Positions 1-9,109 of a DNA stretch of 64,000 bases are shown one piece after another. The notes below the pieces were generated by a model. It was not told where the DNA came from, searched no databases, and worked only from the letters and a program-made list of their open reading frames with translations. Both the position numbers and the translations under genes were made by a program. The DNA comes from Alphaproteobacteria bacterium (GTDB lineage Bacteria; Pseudomonadota; Alphaproteobacteria; JAAEOK01): positions 88,764-152,763 of the forward strand of contig JAAEOK010000042.1 of NCBI GenBank assembly GCA_024244705.1, given 5' to 3'. Within the stretch, counting starts at the first letter, position 1, and each line of letters starts with the position of its first letter.

Positions 1-360
1 GGCATCGAGGGCCGCCCGGACAACGTCATCTTCTACGCCACATCGAACCGGCGCCACCTCATGCCGCGGACAATGATCGAAAACGAGCGATCGACGGCGA
101 TCAACCCATCCGAGGCGGTCGAGGAAAAGGTCTCTCTCTCCGACCGGTTCGGGTTATGGCTCGGTTTTCACAGCTGCGACCAGCAAACGTTCTTGGCCAT
201 GGTAACCGGCTATGCCAATCACTATGGCTTGGATATCGACGCCGAGAAATTGGCTGCCGAGGCCAACGAATGGTCGGTCACGCGTGGCGCCAGGTCGGGC
301 CGGGTCGCCTGGCAATTCATTCAGGATTTGGCGGGCCGCCTCGGCAAACGGCTGGACTAA
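1..360 (+). CDS. DUF815-family AAA-type ATP-binding protein, C-terminal fragment (gene starts upstream of the window)
   Basis: In-frame continuation from position 1 (GIEGRPDNVIFYATSNRRHLMPRTMIENER...). C-terminal region resembles the conserved tail of DUF815 ATPases. ORF track 61..360 is the distal part. Confidence 0.55.
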   Translation, partial: GIEGRPDNVIFYATSNRRHLMPRTMIENERSTAINPSEAVEEKVSLSDRFGLWLGFHSCDQQTFLAMVTGYANHYGLDIDAEKLAAEANEWSVTRGARSGRVAWQFIQDLAGRLGKRLD

Positions 361-372
361 TCGATACCGGCG

Positions 373-1512
373 TCAGCCCAAATGGCCGATCGGGTCGATC
401 GCTTTTGCCGAGCGGCGAATCTCGAAATGGAGTTGCGGCGATGTGACGTCGCCGGTGCTGCCGACGCGGGCGATGGCTTCGCCGCGGGCCACCTGGTCGC
501 CGCGCCGCACCAAAAGCACGTCGTTGTGGCCGTAGGCCGTCGACCAGCCATCGGCGTGCTTGATGATTAACAACTGGCCATAACCCTCGATCTCGGTGCC
601 GGCATAGATGACGATCCCGCTTTGGGCGGCCACGACCGGTGTCCCGCGGGGCGCCGCGATGTTGATCCCATCATTGTGCTGACCGCCGGAATTGGGGCCG
701 AAGGTCGACACAACGTCGCCCCGCACCGGCCACAAGAAGCCGCCTTGGGCGAGCGGCGGCGGGTTCGCCGCGCTGGCCGTCTGCTGTTGTCGTTGCGGCG
801 GCGGCGACAGGAGCGCCGCAGGCGGGCTTGGCAGGTCGGTCGAGGCGCCTTGCGGCTTCGACACCGGCGGCGGTGTATCGACCCGCGGCGCGTTCGCGGC
901 ATCGTTGGCGGCGGTACCCGACGATCCCGACACCGGGACAGTGGCGATACCGGGCAAATCGTTCCGTGTGACGACCGCCGGCGGGATCGTCGGCACCGAC
1001 TGGGGCGAACTCGCGACGCCGGTGGTGGCCGATTGCCCGGGACCGCCGGCCAGCGGCGGCGTCTGAGGTTTATCGGGCAGAATCAAGCGTTGCCCCGGAT
1101 AAATCGTATACGGCGCCGCAATTCCATTTGCCGACGCCAGCATGTCCATTTCCAAGCCGTTTTCGACCGCAATCCGGTAAAGATTGTCACCTCGTTGAAC
1201 TTCATAGACGTTCGGGCGCGGCAGAATCAGGAATTGGCCGACGCTGAGCGCATAAGGCGGTTGCAGGTCATTGGCCGCAGCCACTTCGCCGAGGCCGAGA
1301 TCATAGCGCTGGGCAATATTGGACAGGGTGTCGCCGGTCTTGACCACGTGATAACCGGGGTTCGACGGCTGGCCGCCGAGGGTCGCCGGGGCGGTCGTCG
1401 GCCGCGCATCGTCCTCGAACAAGCCGCAACCCGACAACAGCACGGTCGCCGCCGTCAAAATGACTACGGCAAGAAAGGGGACACGGATGTAACCCAAACG
1501 AGGGTTGGACAT
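373..1512 (-). CDS. nlpD: LysM-domain M23 family murein endopeptidase (NlpD-like lipoprotein)
   Basis: Signal/lipobox LLSGC. Two LysM-like segments (YEVQRGDNLYRIA, HVVKTGDTLSNIA). C-terminal M23 peptidase motifs (HNDGINIAAPRGTPVVAAQSG ... GHLG). Classic surE-pcm-nlpD neighbourhood. Confidence 0.85.
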   Translation of the reverse strand: MSNPRLGYIRVPFLAVVILTAATVLLSGCGLFEDDARPTTAPATLGGQPSNPGYHVVKTGDTLSNIAQRYDLGLGEVAAANDLQPPYALSVGQFLILPRPNVYEVQRGDNLYRIAVENGLEMDMLASANGIAAPYTIYPGQRLILPDKPQTPPLAGGPGQSATTGVASSPQSVPTIPPAVVTRNDLPGIATVPVSGSSGTAANDAANAPRVDTPPPVSKPQGASTDLPSPPAALLSPPPQRQQQTASAANPPPLAQGGFLWPVRGDVVSTFGPNSGGQHNDGINIAAPRGTPVVAAQSGIVIYAGTEIEGYGQLLIIKHADGWSTAYGHNDVLLVRRGDQVARGEAIARVGSTGDVTSPQLHFEIRRSAKAIDPIGHLG

Positions 1513-1554
1513 GAGCTGTTCTGCCTCATGTTGAACCCCCCGACCAACCCACGC

Positions 1555-2166
1555 TCAATTATGTTGGCGCTCGGCGTCTCGAATCAAGGGGACAAATCGA
1601 ACAGGACACAAGGTTGATTCATCGAAACCCGCCTTCGTCCGTCGTATTCGTATCAGCTCTTGGTCGGCGCCCTTACGCCCAAGCGGAATGATCATGATCC
1701 CGCCGACGCCGAGCTGATCGATCAGCTCGGCCGGGGGTTCGCTTGCCGCGGCGGTCACGATCATCCGCTCGAAAGGCGCCAGATCGGGCCATCCGCGCGC
1801 CCCGTCACCATGCAGAGTGGTGATATTGTATATCCGCAGCTCGGTAAATGTGCGTTCGGCTTCCCGCAAAAGGGACCGGATGCGTTCCACGGAATAGACC
1901 CGGCGGCACAACTTCGACAGCACCGCCGCCTGGTAGCCGGACCCGGTGCCGAGCTCGAGCACTTTCATGCGCGGACCCAACTCTAACGCTTGCGACATCA
2001 GCGCTACGATGTAGGGCTGGCTGATCGTTTGCCCGTGGGGAAGCGGCAAAGCGGTGTTTTCGTATGCCCGATCGGCGAAGGAGGCCGGCACGAATTTTTC
2101 GCGTGGTATTCGTTCGATCGCCGAGAGCACACGCGTGTCCCCGATACCGGACTGGCGAAGCTCCAT
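1555..2166 (-). CDS. pcm: protein-L-isoaspartate O-methyltransferase
   Basis: SAM-MTase motif VLELGTGSGYQAAVL and PIMT signature region. ATG at 2166 follows the surE stop; the longer ORF to 2487 overlaps surE and is rejected. An alternative TTG start at 2200 overlapping the surE stop is possible. Confidence 0.8.
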   Translation of the reverse strand: MELRQSGIGDTRVLSAIERIPREKFVPASFADRAYENTALPLPHGQTISQPYIVALMSQALELGPRMKVLELGTGSGYQAAVLSKLCRRVYSVERIRSLLREAERTFTELRIYNITTLHGDGARGWPDLAPFERMIVTAAASEPPAELIDQLGVGGIMIIPLGRKGADQELIRIRRTKAGFDESTLCPVRFVPLIRDAERQHN

Positions 2167-2195
2167 GATCAAACGGATCTTGCGCGCGTCGAGGC

Positions 2196-2963
2196 TCAAC
2201 TGAGGACCTTCTTGAGGTCTCTCAACGTTGCACGATGGGTGAGATCCAGGTGCAGCGGCGTAACCGCGATGGCATTCCGTTCGATCGCGGCTAGGTCGGA
2301 CCCCTTGCGCGACGCCTCCTCGCGTCGCAACGGCCCGATCCAATAATAAGGACGACCGTGCGGATCGATGCGCTCCTCCAGATGATCGCCCAGTTTGCGG
2401 CGGCCCTGAAACCCGACCTCGACGCCCGACACCTTGTCGGCACTGATTGCCGGGAAATTGATGTTGATGAACACGCCCGGCGGCCACCCCGTATCGATCA
2501 GTTTATGCAGGAGCTCGGGCGCAAATCGTTCGGCGGTCTTCCACATCGTCGGGCCGCGCCCGTCACGATGCTGACTGAGAGCAATCGCTGGGATTCCTAA
2601 CAGGGTGGCCTCCATCGCCGCCGCCAAGGTGCCGGAATAGGTGACGTCTTCGCCGAGATTTCCGCCCCTGTTGATCCCCGCCAGAACCAAGTCGGGCGGG
2701 TGGTCGAGGAGAATGTGCTTTACCGCGAGGAGGACGCAGTCGGTTGGCGTACCGTCGACCGAATAGCGCTGTTTGGATACGCGGCGGATACGCAGGGGGC
2801 GCCGCAGGGTCAGCGAATGCGCCGAGCCGCTCTGTTCCAACGCCGGCGCCACGACCCACACGTCGTCGCTAAGACCTCGCGCTATCCGTTCCAACAGCTT
2901 CAGCCCGCTCGAATCGAAGCCATCGTCGTTGGACAGCAGGATTCGCCGGCCCGTCGACGTCAT
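2196..2963 (-). CDS. surE: 5'/3'-nucleotidase SurE
   Basis: N-terminal [14 protein letters not shown] and conserved SurE core. Located upstream of pcm as in the canonical operon. Confidence 0.9.
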   Translation of the reverse strand: MTSTGRRILLSNDDGFDSSGLKLLERIARGLSDDVWVVAPALEQSGSAHSLTLRRPLRIRRVSKQRYSVDGTPTDCVLLAVKHILLDHPPDLVLAGINRGGNLGEDVTYSGTLAAAMEATLLGIPAIALSQHRDGRGPTMWKTAERFAPELLHKLIDTGWPPGVFININFPAISADKVSGVEVGFQGRRKLGDHLEERIDPHGRPYYWIGPLRREEASRKGSDLAAIERNAIAVTPLHLDLTHRATLRDLKKVLS

Positions 2964-4240
2964 ACGGAGACCGCCCCCAAGCGCTCGAGTCCGCCCATAT
3001 AAGGGCGGAGAACCTCCGGAATGACCACTGACCCATCGGCCTGCTGATAGTTTTCGAGTACGCCAATGAGCGCCCGCCCGACGGCGATCCCCGACCCATT
3101 CAACGTGTGAACGAATTGGGTGCCTTTGCCACCCGTCGGGCGGAACCGGGCCTTCATGCGGCGAGCTTGGAAATCGCCACAGTTGGAACAGCTGGAAATC
3201 TCACGAAAAGTGCCCTGTCCGGGCAACCACACCTCGAAGTCATGGGTCTTGCGGGCGGCGAATCCCATGTCGCCGGTCGACAGCACGACGACGCGATAAT
3301 GCAGATCGAGCCGCTTCAGAATTTCCTCGGCGCAGTTGGTCATCCGATCCAACTCCGCATCCGACTCGTCTGGATGAGCGACACTGACCAGCTCGACCTT
3401 GTAGAACTGGTGCTGGCGCAACATGCCCCTGGTGTCCTTGCCGGCGGCGCCGGCCTCGGAACGGAAACAGGGAGTATGCGCGGTTACCCGAATCGGCAGA
3501 TCGGCGGCGTCCAGGATTTCACCCGCCACCAGATTTGTCAGCGGGACCTCGGCGGTCGGGATCAGCCAATGGTCCGTGGTGGTGCGAAACTGGTCGTCGG
3601 CGAATTTTGGCAGTTGCCCGGTGCCGAACAGGGCGGTGTCGCGGACCAAAATCGGCACGCTCATTTCCGTATAGCCGAATTCATTGGTGTGAACGTCGAG
3701 CATGAACTGGGCCAGCGCGCGCTCGAGGCGGGCGAGCGTTCCGCGCATGACGACGAACCGGGCACCGGCGAGCTTTGCCGCAACGTCGAAATCCATCAGT
3801 CCGAGCGCCTCGCCGATCTCGAAATGCTGCTTTGGGGCGAAATCGAACGCCGGTGCTTCGCCGTGCCGTCTAACCTCGATATTGGCGGTTTCGTCACTGC
3901 CAACGGGGACGTCGGCGGCGGGCAGGTTGGGCAGGCCCTGAAGGATCTCGTCGCATCTCGCCTGCGCCGCTTGGACCTCGACGTCTTTGGCCTGCATATC
4001 GGATTTGAGCGCGGCGACCTCGGCCATGAGTGCCGCCGCATCCTCACCGCGCGCCTTGGCGGCACCGATCTGCTTCGACGCCTCATTGCGACGCGTCTGC
4101 ATCTCCTGGAGCGCGGTGACGAGTGCGCGATGGTGCGCATCGATCTCGAGCACGACGGCCGATTGCGGCATCAAGCCCCGTTTGACCAGCCCCTCATCGA
4201 AGGCTTCGGGGTTCTCGCGTATCCATTTGAGATCGAACAT
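2960..4240 (-). CDS. serS: serine--tRNA ligase
   Basis: N-terminal [12 protein letters not shown] with coiled-coil tRNA-binding arm. Class II aaRS core motifs ([24 protein letters not shown]). Start chosen at the internal Met (position 4240) rather than the ORF-track extension. ATGA overlap with surE. Confidence 0.9.
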   Translation of the reverse strand: MFDLKWIRENPEAFDEGLVKRGLMPQSAVVLEIDAHHRALVTALQEMQTRRNEASKQIGAAKARGEDAAALMAEVAALKSDMQAKDVEVQAAQARCDEILQGLPNLPAADVPVGSDETANIEVRRHGEAPAFDFAPKQHFEIGEALGLMDFDVAAKLAGARFVVMRGTLARLERALAQFMLDVHTNEFGYTEMSVPILVRDTALFGTGQLPKFADDQFRTTTDHWLIPTAEVPLTNLVAGEILDAADLPIRVTAHTPCFRSEAGAAGKDTRGMLRQHQFYKVELVSVAHPDESDAELDRMTNCAEEILKRLDLHYRVVVLSTGDMGFAARKTHDFEVWLPGQGTFREISSCSNCGDFQARRMKARFRPTGGKGTQFVHTLNGSGIAVGRALIGVLENYQQADGSVVIPEVLRPYMGGLERLGAVSV

Positions 4241-4327
4241 GACAGGTGTCGTGCTGGCGGTTGGTCGGCGGTCGCGGGCGTTATAAGCCTTGCCGCCGAT
4301 GGCGTCCAGCACACGACGATAACAGCT

Positions 4328-5131
4328 TTAGGCTTCTTCCTCCGCCTCCCGCTCGGCCCGCTTCTTCTCGACGATGCGCGCCATCAGGATCGATATCTCG
4401 TAGAGCACGATGATCGGCAGCGCGAGCCCGACTTGGCTGATGATGTCCGGCGGGGTCAGAATTGCCGCGGCAACGAATGTGCAGACGAGTGCGTACTTAC
4501 GCTTGGCGGCGAGCCCGTCCGCGCTGACGATGCCAACCCGCGCCATCAGCGTCAAGGCGATCGGCAATTGGAAACTCAGACCGAAGGCGAAGATCAGCCG
4601 CATCACCAGCGACAGGTACTCGTTGACCTTGGCTTCGAGTTGGATCGGCAACGAGCCGGGACTTACGTCGGTGGTTTCGAAGCCGAGGAAGAACCGCCAG
4701 GCCAGGGGTATCACAAGGTAATAAAGCAAGGCGCCGCCGGCAAAGAAAAGCACCGGTGTGGCGACCAGGAATGGCAGGAAGGCGCGGCGCTCGTGCCGAT
4801 AGAGGCCGGGCGCGATGAACATCCAAACCTGGCTGGCAATAATCGGAAAGGAAATGAAAATGGCGGCCCAAAAGGCGACCTTGACATAAGTGAAGAAGGC
4901 CTCATGGAGCGCGGTGTAAATCAACCGCCGGTTTTCCTGCCCCTCCATTGCATCCGCCAACGGCTGGACCAGGAATCCGTAAATTTCGTCGGCGAAGTAA
5001 TAGCAGAAGAGAAAGGCGATGAAGATCGCCGCCACCGAGTACATCAGCCGATTGCGCAACTCGATCAAATGATCGAGCAATGGCATCTTCGATTCTTCGA
5101 TGCCCTCGATTTCGGCCAGCTTTTCGCTCAC
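4328..5131 (-). CDS. tatC: twin-arginine translocase subunit TatC
   Basis: Six-TM TatC profile (LIELRNRL..., FLPFLVATPVLFFAGGALLYY). GTG start at 5131. Confidence 0.9.
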   Translation of the reverse strand: MSEKLAEIEGIEESKMPLLDHLIELRNRLMYSVAAIFIAFLFCYYFADEIYGFLVQPLADAMEGQENRRLIYTALHEAFFTYVKVAFWAAIFISFPIIASQVWMFIAPGLYRHERRAFLPFLVATPVLFFAGGALLYYLVIPLAWRFFLGFETTDVSPGSLPIQLEAKVNEYLSLVMRLIFAFGLSFQLPIALTLMARVGIVSADGLAAKRKYALVCTFVAAAILTPPDIISQVGLALPIIVLYEISILMARIVEKKRAEREAEEEA

Positions 5132-5136
5132 TGTCC

Positions 5137-5406
5137 AGAGCCCTTTCTATGAACTCGGAGCCATTCTGACGGAGCGGTTTTGGCCGTCGGGCAGGAGCGA
5201 GGAGCGATGACATGCCGGAGCATATCGAGCGACGAGCGACGCTCACGGCGGGCAAAAGCGCTCGTCCCGTAGGGTTTCCATCCGGCGGCCGACCACGGCG
5301 TCAGCAAGCTTGCCCGATGCTTCGGCATCGCGCTGCTCGAACTTCCTTGCGGACCGGCGCGCCGGATGCGAAACAGAATTGACTCGGGGTTCATAGAAAG
5401 GGCTCT
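5137..5406. mobile_element. 270-bp MITE-like non-autonomous element, copy A (imperfect terminal inverted repeats AGAGCCCTTTCTATGAAC ... GTTCATAGAAAGGGCTCT)
   Basis: About 92% identical to the reverse complement of 29893..30162. Terminal inverted repeats of 17-19 bp seen directly. No transposase ORF. Lies between tatB stop and tatC start. Confidence 0.6.
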
Positions 5407-5851
5407 AGGTTCCGGTCTTGACGTCGGCGCTCGCGACTGAGGCCACGTCCTTCGGTTCGGAATCCGGCTGGTCGGCGTTCGCGACTGAGGCCACGTCCTT
5501 CGGTTCGGAATCCGGCTGGTCGGCGCTCGCTCCTTCGGACGTATTCGAATCACCGTCGGGGATCTTGATCGGCTGCATCGCCTCCTTGATCGACCCGGTC
5601 GGGTCGATCGTGTTCTCGATCTCCTTCTTGATATCGAGCTGGCGCGTGGCATCGAGCTGCTTTTTCATTTCGTCGAGCTCGGTTTCACGGATCATGTCGT
5701 CAAGACCGCGTTGAAAGTCGCGGCCGATCGCGCGCACCTTCCCCGCCCACTGGCCGACCGTACGCAATGCGCGCGGCAAGTCTTTGGGACCGATGATGAT
5801 CACCGCGACCACGATGACCACCAGCATTTCTGTCCAGCCGATATCGAACAT
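5405..5851 (-). CDS. tatB: twin-arginine translocase subunit TatB
   Basis: N-terminal MFDIGWTEMLVVIVVAVIIIGPKDLP TM plus amphipathic helix typical of TatA/B. Long acidic tail. Sits between tatA and tatC. The stop codon TAG spans the junction with the MITE end. Confidence 0.8.
   Translation of the reverse strand: MFDIGWTEMLVVIVVAVIIIGPKDLPRALRTVGQWAGKVRAIGRDFQRGLDDMIRETELDEMKKQLDATRQLDIKKEIENTIDPTGSIKEAMQPIKIPDGDSNTSEGASADQPDSEPKDVASVANADQPDSEPKDVASVASADVKTGT
5433..5528. repeat. perfect-but-one tandem duplication, 2 x 48 bp, inside the tatB 3' coding region (encodes ADQPDSEPKDVASVA[N/S] twice)
   Basis: Direct inspection: gcgactgaggccacgtccttcggttcggaatccggctggtcggcgttc followed by the same 48-mer ending ctc. 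Confidence 0.85.
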
Positions 5852-5900
5852 GGATCCGCTCCTGGACGATAAAACCGCGAGACGCGACCGGGCGCTAAGT

Positions 5901-6131
5901 TCAGGCGGTTTCGTCCTTCTTCACAACGACCGGATCCGGGGCCGCCTCGACCTGCTCCGCCTTGACCGCTTCGGGCTTGTCCTCGTCGTCGGTCAGCTCC
6001 TCGTTCATGCCCTTTTTGAAATTCTTGACGCCCTTCGCGACATCACCCATCACGCGCGGCAATTTGCCGGCACCAAATATGATGAGGACAATGACCAGAA
6101 TAAGGACGACCTGCCATACACCGATACTCAT
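5901..6131 (-). CDS. tatA: twin-arginine translocase subunit TatA
   Basis: MSIGVWQVVLILVIVLIIFGAGKLP plus basic/acidic tail. 76 aa. Confidence 0.85.
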   Translation of the reverse strand: MSIGVWQVVLILVIVLIIFGAGKLPRVMGDVAKGVKNFKKGMNEELTDDEDKPEAVKAEQVEAAPDPVVVKKDETA

Positions 6132-6215
6132 TGAAACTCTCCAAGAAACCTTATAACTGCCGTTTGGCGGCGGATAATCGCAAAATAGCCGCCGTGCCGC
6201 AACGGTCGTGCCTAG

Positions 6216-7301
6216 TTAATGTGGCTCTTCCCGCGAAAAAACAAAGGCTTGATCGACATCCAAGTCGATACCGACGATTTCATTCTCCTGGGGCAGAAAC
6301 TTGCCGGGCACGCGGCTGTGAAGGTGGAGCGATGGCCCGCCTTGCTGGAAAATTTCGAGATGTATCAGGCTGCTACGTCCGATAATACGCGATTCCAGCA
6401 CTTTGGCAGGATACTCCGGACCGCCGTCAGTGACCCGGCTCATACGAATTGCTTCGGGCCGTATCAAGATATCGACCGCCGTACCTTCGGCCAGTCCATC
6501 GCTCGTGATGGTGCCGACCGCCGTGGCTACCCGGCCGTCGGCAACGACGCCCTCGATGCTATTCACCTCGCTGAAGAACTCGGTGACGAAAGCCGAATTT
6601 GGATGAAAATATATCTCGATCGGTGTTCCGATCTGGGCCAGCCGACCGTTTTGCATGACGGCGATTAAATCGGCCATGAACATCGCTTCCTCGGGATCGT
6701 GGGTCACCATCAATGTCGCCGCCTCGCTATCCTTCAACACATGGAAAGCTTGGTCGCGAACTTGCTCCCTGAGACGCTGGTCCAAGCCCGAAAAAGGCTC
6801 GTCCAGCAGCATGACCTTTGGCGATGGCGCCAACGCCCGGGCGAGCGCCACCCGCTGTTGCTGCCCACCGGACAGGGTGTGGGGATAGGCAGCGGAATAA
6901 TCGAGCATGCCAACCTGGTCGAGCACGTCGTCGACACGCGCCTTGCGTTGTGCGGCGGCAATCTTTCGTAATCCGAAAGCGACATTGTCGGCGACGGAGA
7001 GATGCGGAAACAGGGCGTAGTCCTGGAACAGCATTCCGACGCCCCGCTCCTCCGGCGGCAGCAGATGACCGGGTCCCGCCACTTCCCGGCCGCCGATCAT
7101 GATCCGTCCCGATTGCAGGTCCTCGAGCCCCGCTATGAGCCTAAGCAGAGTCGTCTTGCCGCACCCCGACGGTCCAACCAAACAAACCACTTGCCCAGGC
7201 GCCACCGCGAGATGAACGTCATCGGCCGCGACGATGTCGCCGTATCGATGGTCGACGTTTTCGACCACCAAAGCCGGATGGCGCGAATCCAGCTCAGCCA
7301 T
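6216..7301 (-). CDS. ABC transporter ATP-binding protein, Fe3+/spermidine-type importer ATPase (FbpC/PotA-like)
   Basis: Walker A GPSGCGKTT, signature LSGGQQQRV, Walker B LLDEPFS. C-terminal TOBE-like domain. Start at the internal Met (MAELD...) overlapping the permease stop by 8 nt. Confidence 0.8.
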   Translation of the reverse strand: MAELDSRHPALVVENVDHRYGDIVAADDVHLAVAPGQVVCLVGPSGCGKTTLLRLIAGLEDLQSGRIMIGGREVAGPGHLLPPEERGVGMLFQDYALFPHLSVADNVAFGLRKIAAAQRKARVDDVLDQVGMLDYSAAYPHTLSGGQQQRVALARALAPSPKVMLLDEPFSGLDQRLREQVRDQAFHVLKDSEAATLMVTHDPEEAMFMADLIAVMQNGRLAQIGTPIEIYFHPNSAFVTEFFSEVNSIEGVVADGRVATAVGTITSDGLAEGTAVDILIRPEAIRMSRVTDGGPEYPAKVLESRIIGRSSLIHLEIFQQGGPSLHLHSRVPGKFLPQENEIVGIDLDVDQAFVFSREEPH

Positions 7302-8988
7302 GGTGGTCGCCCGGGCGGGCACGAGCGATCGCCCGGCTCAGGATCACGACCGGCACGATACCGACAAGGACGATGGCCAGCGCGGCGCTCGAAGATTCGG
7401 CGAGTTGCTCATCCGAGGCCAGTTCGAAAACCCGGATCGCCAACGTATCGTAGTTGAAGGGGCGGATAATAAGGGTCGCCGGCAGTTCCTTCATGACATC
7501 GACGAACACCAGAAGGCCGGCGGTCAACAGGCTGCTCCACATGATCGGCGCATGAACCCGCCACAAGGTACCCACGGTCCCGGCGCCAAGGGTCCTCGCC
7601 GCGCCGTCCATGCTTCGCGTCACGCGGCCCAAGCTGGCTTCAACGGTCCCGACCGAAACCGCCAGAAACCGCACCAGATAAGCATAAATCACGGCAAACA
7701 GGGTGCCGCTCAGCAGCAAACCCGTCGATATGCCGAAGATCGCCCGCATCCAGGTATCGACCGAGTTGTCGATCGCGGCGAAGGGCAGGAGCACACCGAC
7801 CGCGACGACCGCGCCTGGAATCGCATACCCCATTCCGACCACGCGGATCGCCAGTTCGGTTACCCGTCCCGGCCGCAGGCGATTGCCATAGGCCATGATT
7901 ACAGCCAACAGGACCGCACAAGCCGAGGCGATTGTCGCCAGGGTCAACGAGTGAAGGGCAAGCTTGAAGAACCGGGCATCGACGGTCTTGTCAAATGTTT
8001 CGATTGTCCACACCGTCAGAGCAGCGCAGGGAATGAGAAACCCGAAGGCGACCGGCGCCAAGCATGCCATGAAAGTCAGGGCGCGGCGGCCGGGGTCCAG
8101 TTCGCGTCGCGGCAGCGGCCGGTAAGTCACTGTCGCATGGTGGAAACGCGCGCCCCTTCGGTGCCATCGCTCGAACAGGATCAGCACCAGCATGAAGAGC
8201 ATGAAGACGGCGGCGAGTTGTGCCGCGGCCGCCGGGGAGCCTAGACCGAACCAAGTACGATAGATCCCGGTGGTAAAGGTGTCGACGGCGAAGTACTGAA
8301 CCGTGCCGAAATCGTTCAACGCCTCCATTTGGGCGAGGGCAACGCCGGCGACGATCGATGGCCGCGCCAGCGGAATGGCGACCAGGAGGAAGCTACGCAG
8401 GCTGCTGCAACCAAGTGTTCGGCTGACTTCCAGAGCGCAGACCGATTGCTCGAGAAAAGCCGATCTGGCGAGCAGATAAACATAGGGGTACAGCACCAGG
8501 GTCATCATGACTATGGCACCACCGAGGGACCGTATCTCGGGAAACCAGTAGTCTCGAGCCGAGGTCCAGCCGAACACGTCGCGAAGTCCCGATTGCACCG
8601 GTCCCGCGTAATCGAGCAGGCCGGTATAGGTGTAAGCGATCACGTAGGCGGGAACCGCCAAGGGCAGCAACAATGCCCATTCGAACAGACGCCGGCCGGG
8701 AAAATCAGCCATGGTCACGAGCCACGCCGTGCCCACGCCGAGGACCAGAACGCCGGCCCCGACCCCGATCATCAGCCACAGCGAATTGATCACATAGGAC
8801 GCAAGCACCGTCGAAGCGAGGTGCTGCCAGATATCCCCGCTGGGTACCAAAACGAAGGCCGCGACGACGAGCACCGGCACGGCGACCATGAACGCGATCA
8901 GCAGGATCAACACCGTCCATGGCCTGAACTCGATGCGGCCCCGCGCGGGCATGAACCGAGCCTGCACCTGGTCGGTCGATTCAGTCAC
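7294..8988 (-). CDS. iron(III)-type ABC transporter permease, duplicated two-domain form (FbpB-like)
   Basis: About 12 TM segments with two ABC-permease EAA-like loops. Translationally coupled to the ATPase gene. Start could also be the downstream Met (MPARGRIE...). Confidence 0.75.
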   Translation of the reverse strand: MTESTDQVQARFMPARGRIEFRPWTVLILLIAFMVAVPVLVVAAFVLVPSGDIWQHLASTVLASYVINSLWLMIGVGAGVLVLGVGTAWLVTMADFPGRRLFEWALLLPLAVPAYVIAYTYTGLLDYAGPVQSGLRDVFGWTSARDYWFPEIRSLGGAIVMMTLVLYPYVYLLARSAFLEQSVCALEVSRTLGCSSLRSFLLVAIPLARPSIVAGVALAQMEALNDFGTVQYFAVDTFTTGIYRTWFGLGSPAAAAQLAAVFMLFMLVLILFERWHRRGARFHHATVTYRPLPRRELDPGRRALTFMACLAPVAFGFLIPCAALTVWTIETFDKTVDARFFKLALHSLTLATIASACAVLLAVIMAYGNRLRPGRVTELAIRVVGMGYAIPGAVVAVGVLLPFAAIDNSVDTWMRAIFGISTGLLLSGTLFAVIYAYLVRFLAVSVGTVEASLGRVTRSMDGAARTLGAGTVGTLWRVHAPIMWSSLLTAGLLVFVDVMKELPATLIIRPFNYDTLAIRVFELASDEQLAESSSAALAIVLVGIVPVVILSRAIARARPGDHHG

Positions 8989-9109
8989 GCCGTCGGTTCT
9001 TTTGTTTGGTGCAACATGGCGGGTCCGGTCACCGTAAGAGGTGCTGCATATTATTGCGAATGCGTCGCATATACAAGTTAGTGATTTCGCAGGAAATCAA
9101 CGGCCTCGG

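Noticed and set aside
622-1617. 331-aa + strand ORF overlapping nlpD
   Set aside because: Arg-rich, low-complexity antisense ORF. nlpD on the minus strand has clear LysM and M23 motifs.
1555-2487. Extended 310-aa version of pcm
   Set aside because: The upstream 107 codons overlap surE in another frame and are Arg/Gly-rich. ATG at 2166 gives a normal-length PIMT.
3107-5152. 681-aa ORF on the + strand spanning the serS and tatC regions
   Set aside because: Antisense to two well-supported genes. Composition is Arg/Gly/Ala-rich, typical of spurious high-GC shadow ORFs.
5128-5652. 174-aa minus-frame ORF with repeated PNRRTWPQSR peptide, and the 92-aa ORF inside MITE copy B (29866..30144)
   Set aside because: They reflect translation of the MITE and of the tatB tandem repeat in a non-coding frame. 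Similarity between the two copies is at the DNA level, with changes at all codon positions.
7234-8244. 336-aa + strand ORF, and similar long ORFs at 11193..12140, 12115..13272, 13458..14675, 16968..17927, 21284..22099, 23061..23924, 25797..26564, 28963..29565, 46232..47599, 58773..59891, 59290..60336
   Set aside because: All are antisense or out-of-frame overlaps of genes with strong family signatures, and have extreme Arg/Gly/His/Pro bias characteristic of GC-rich non-coding frames.
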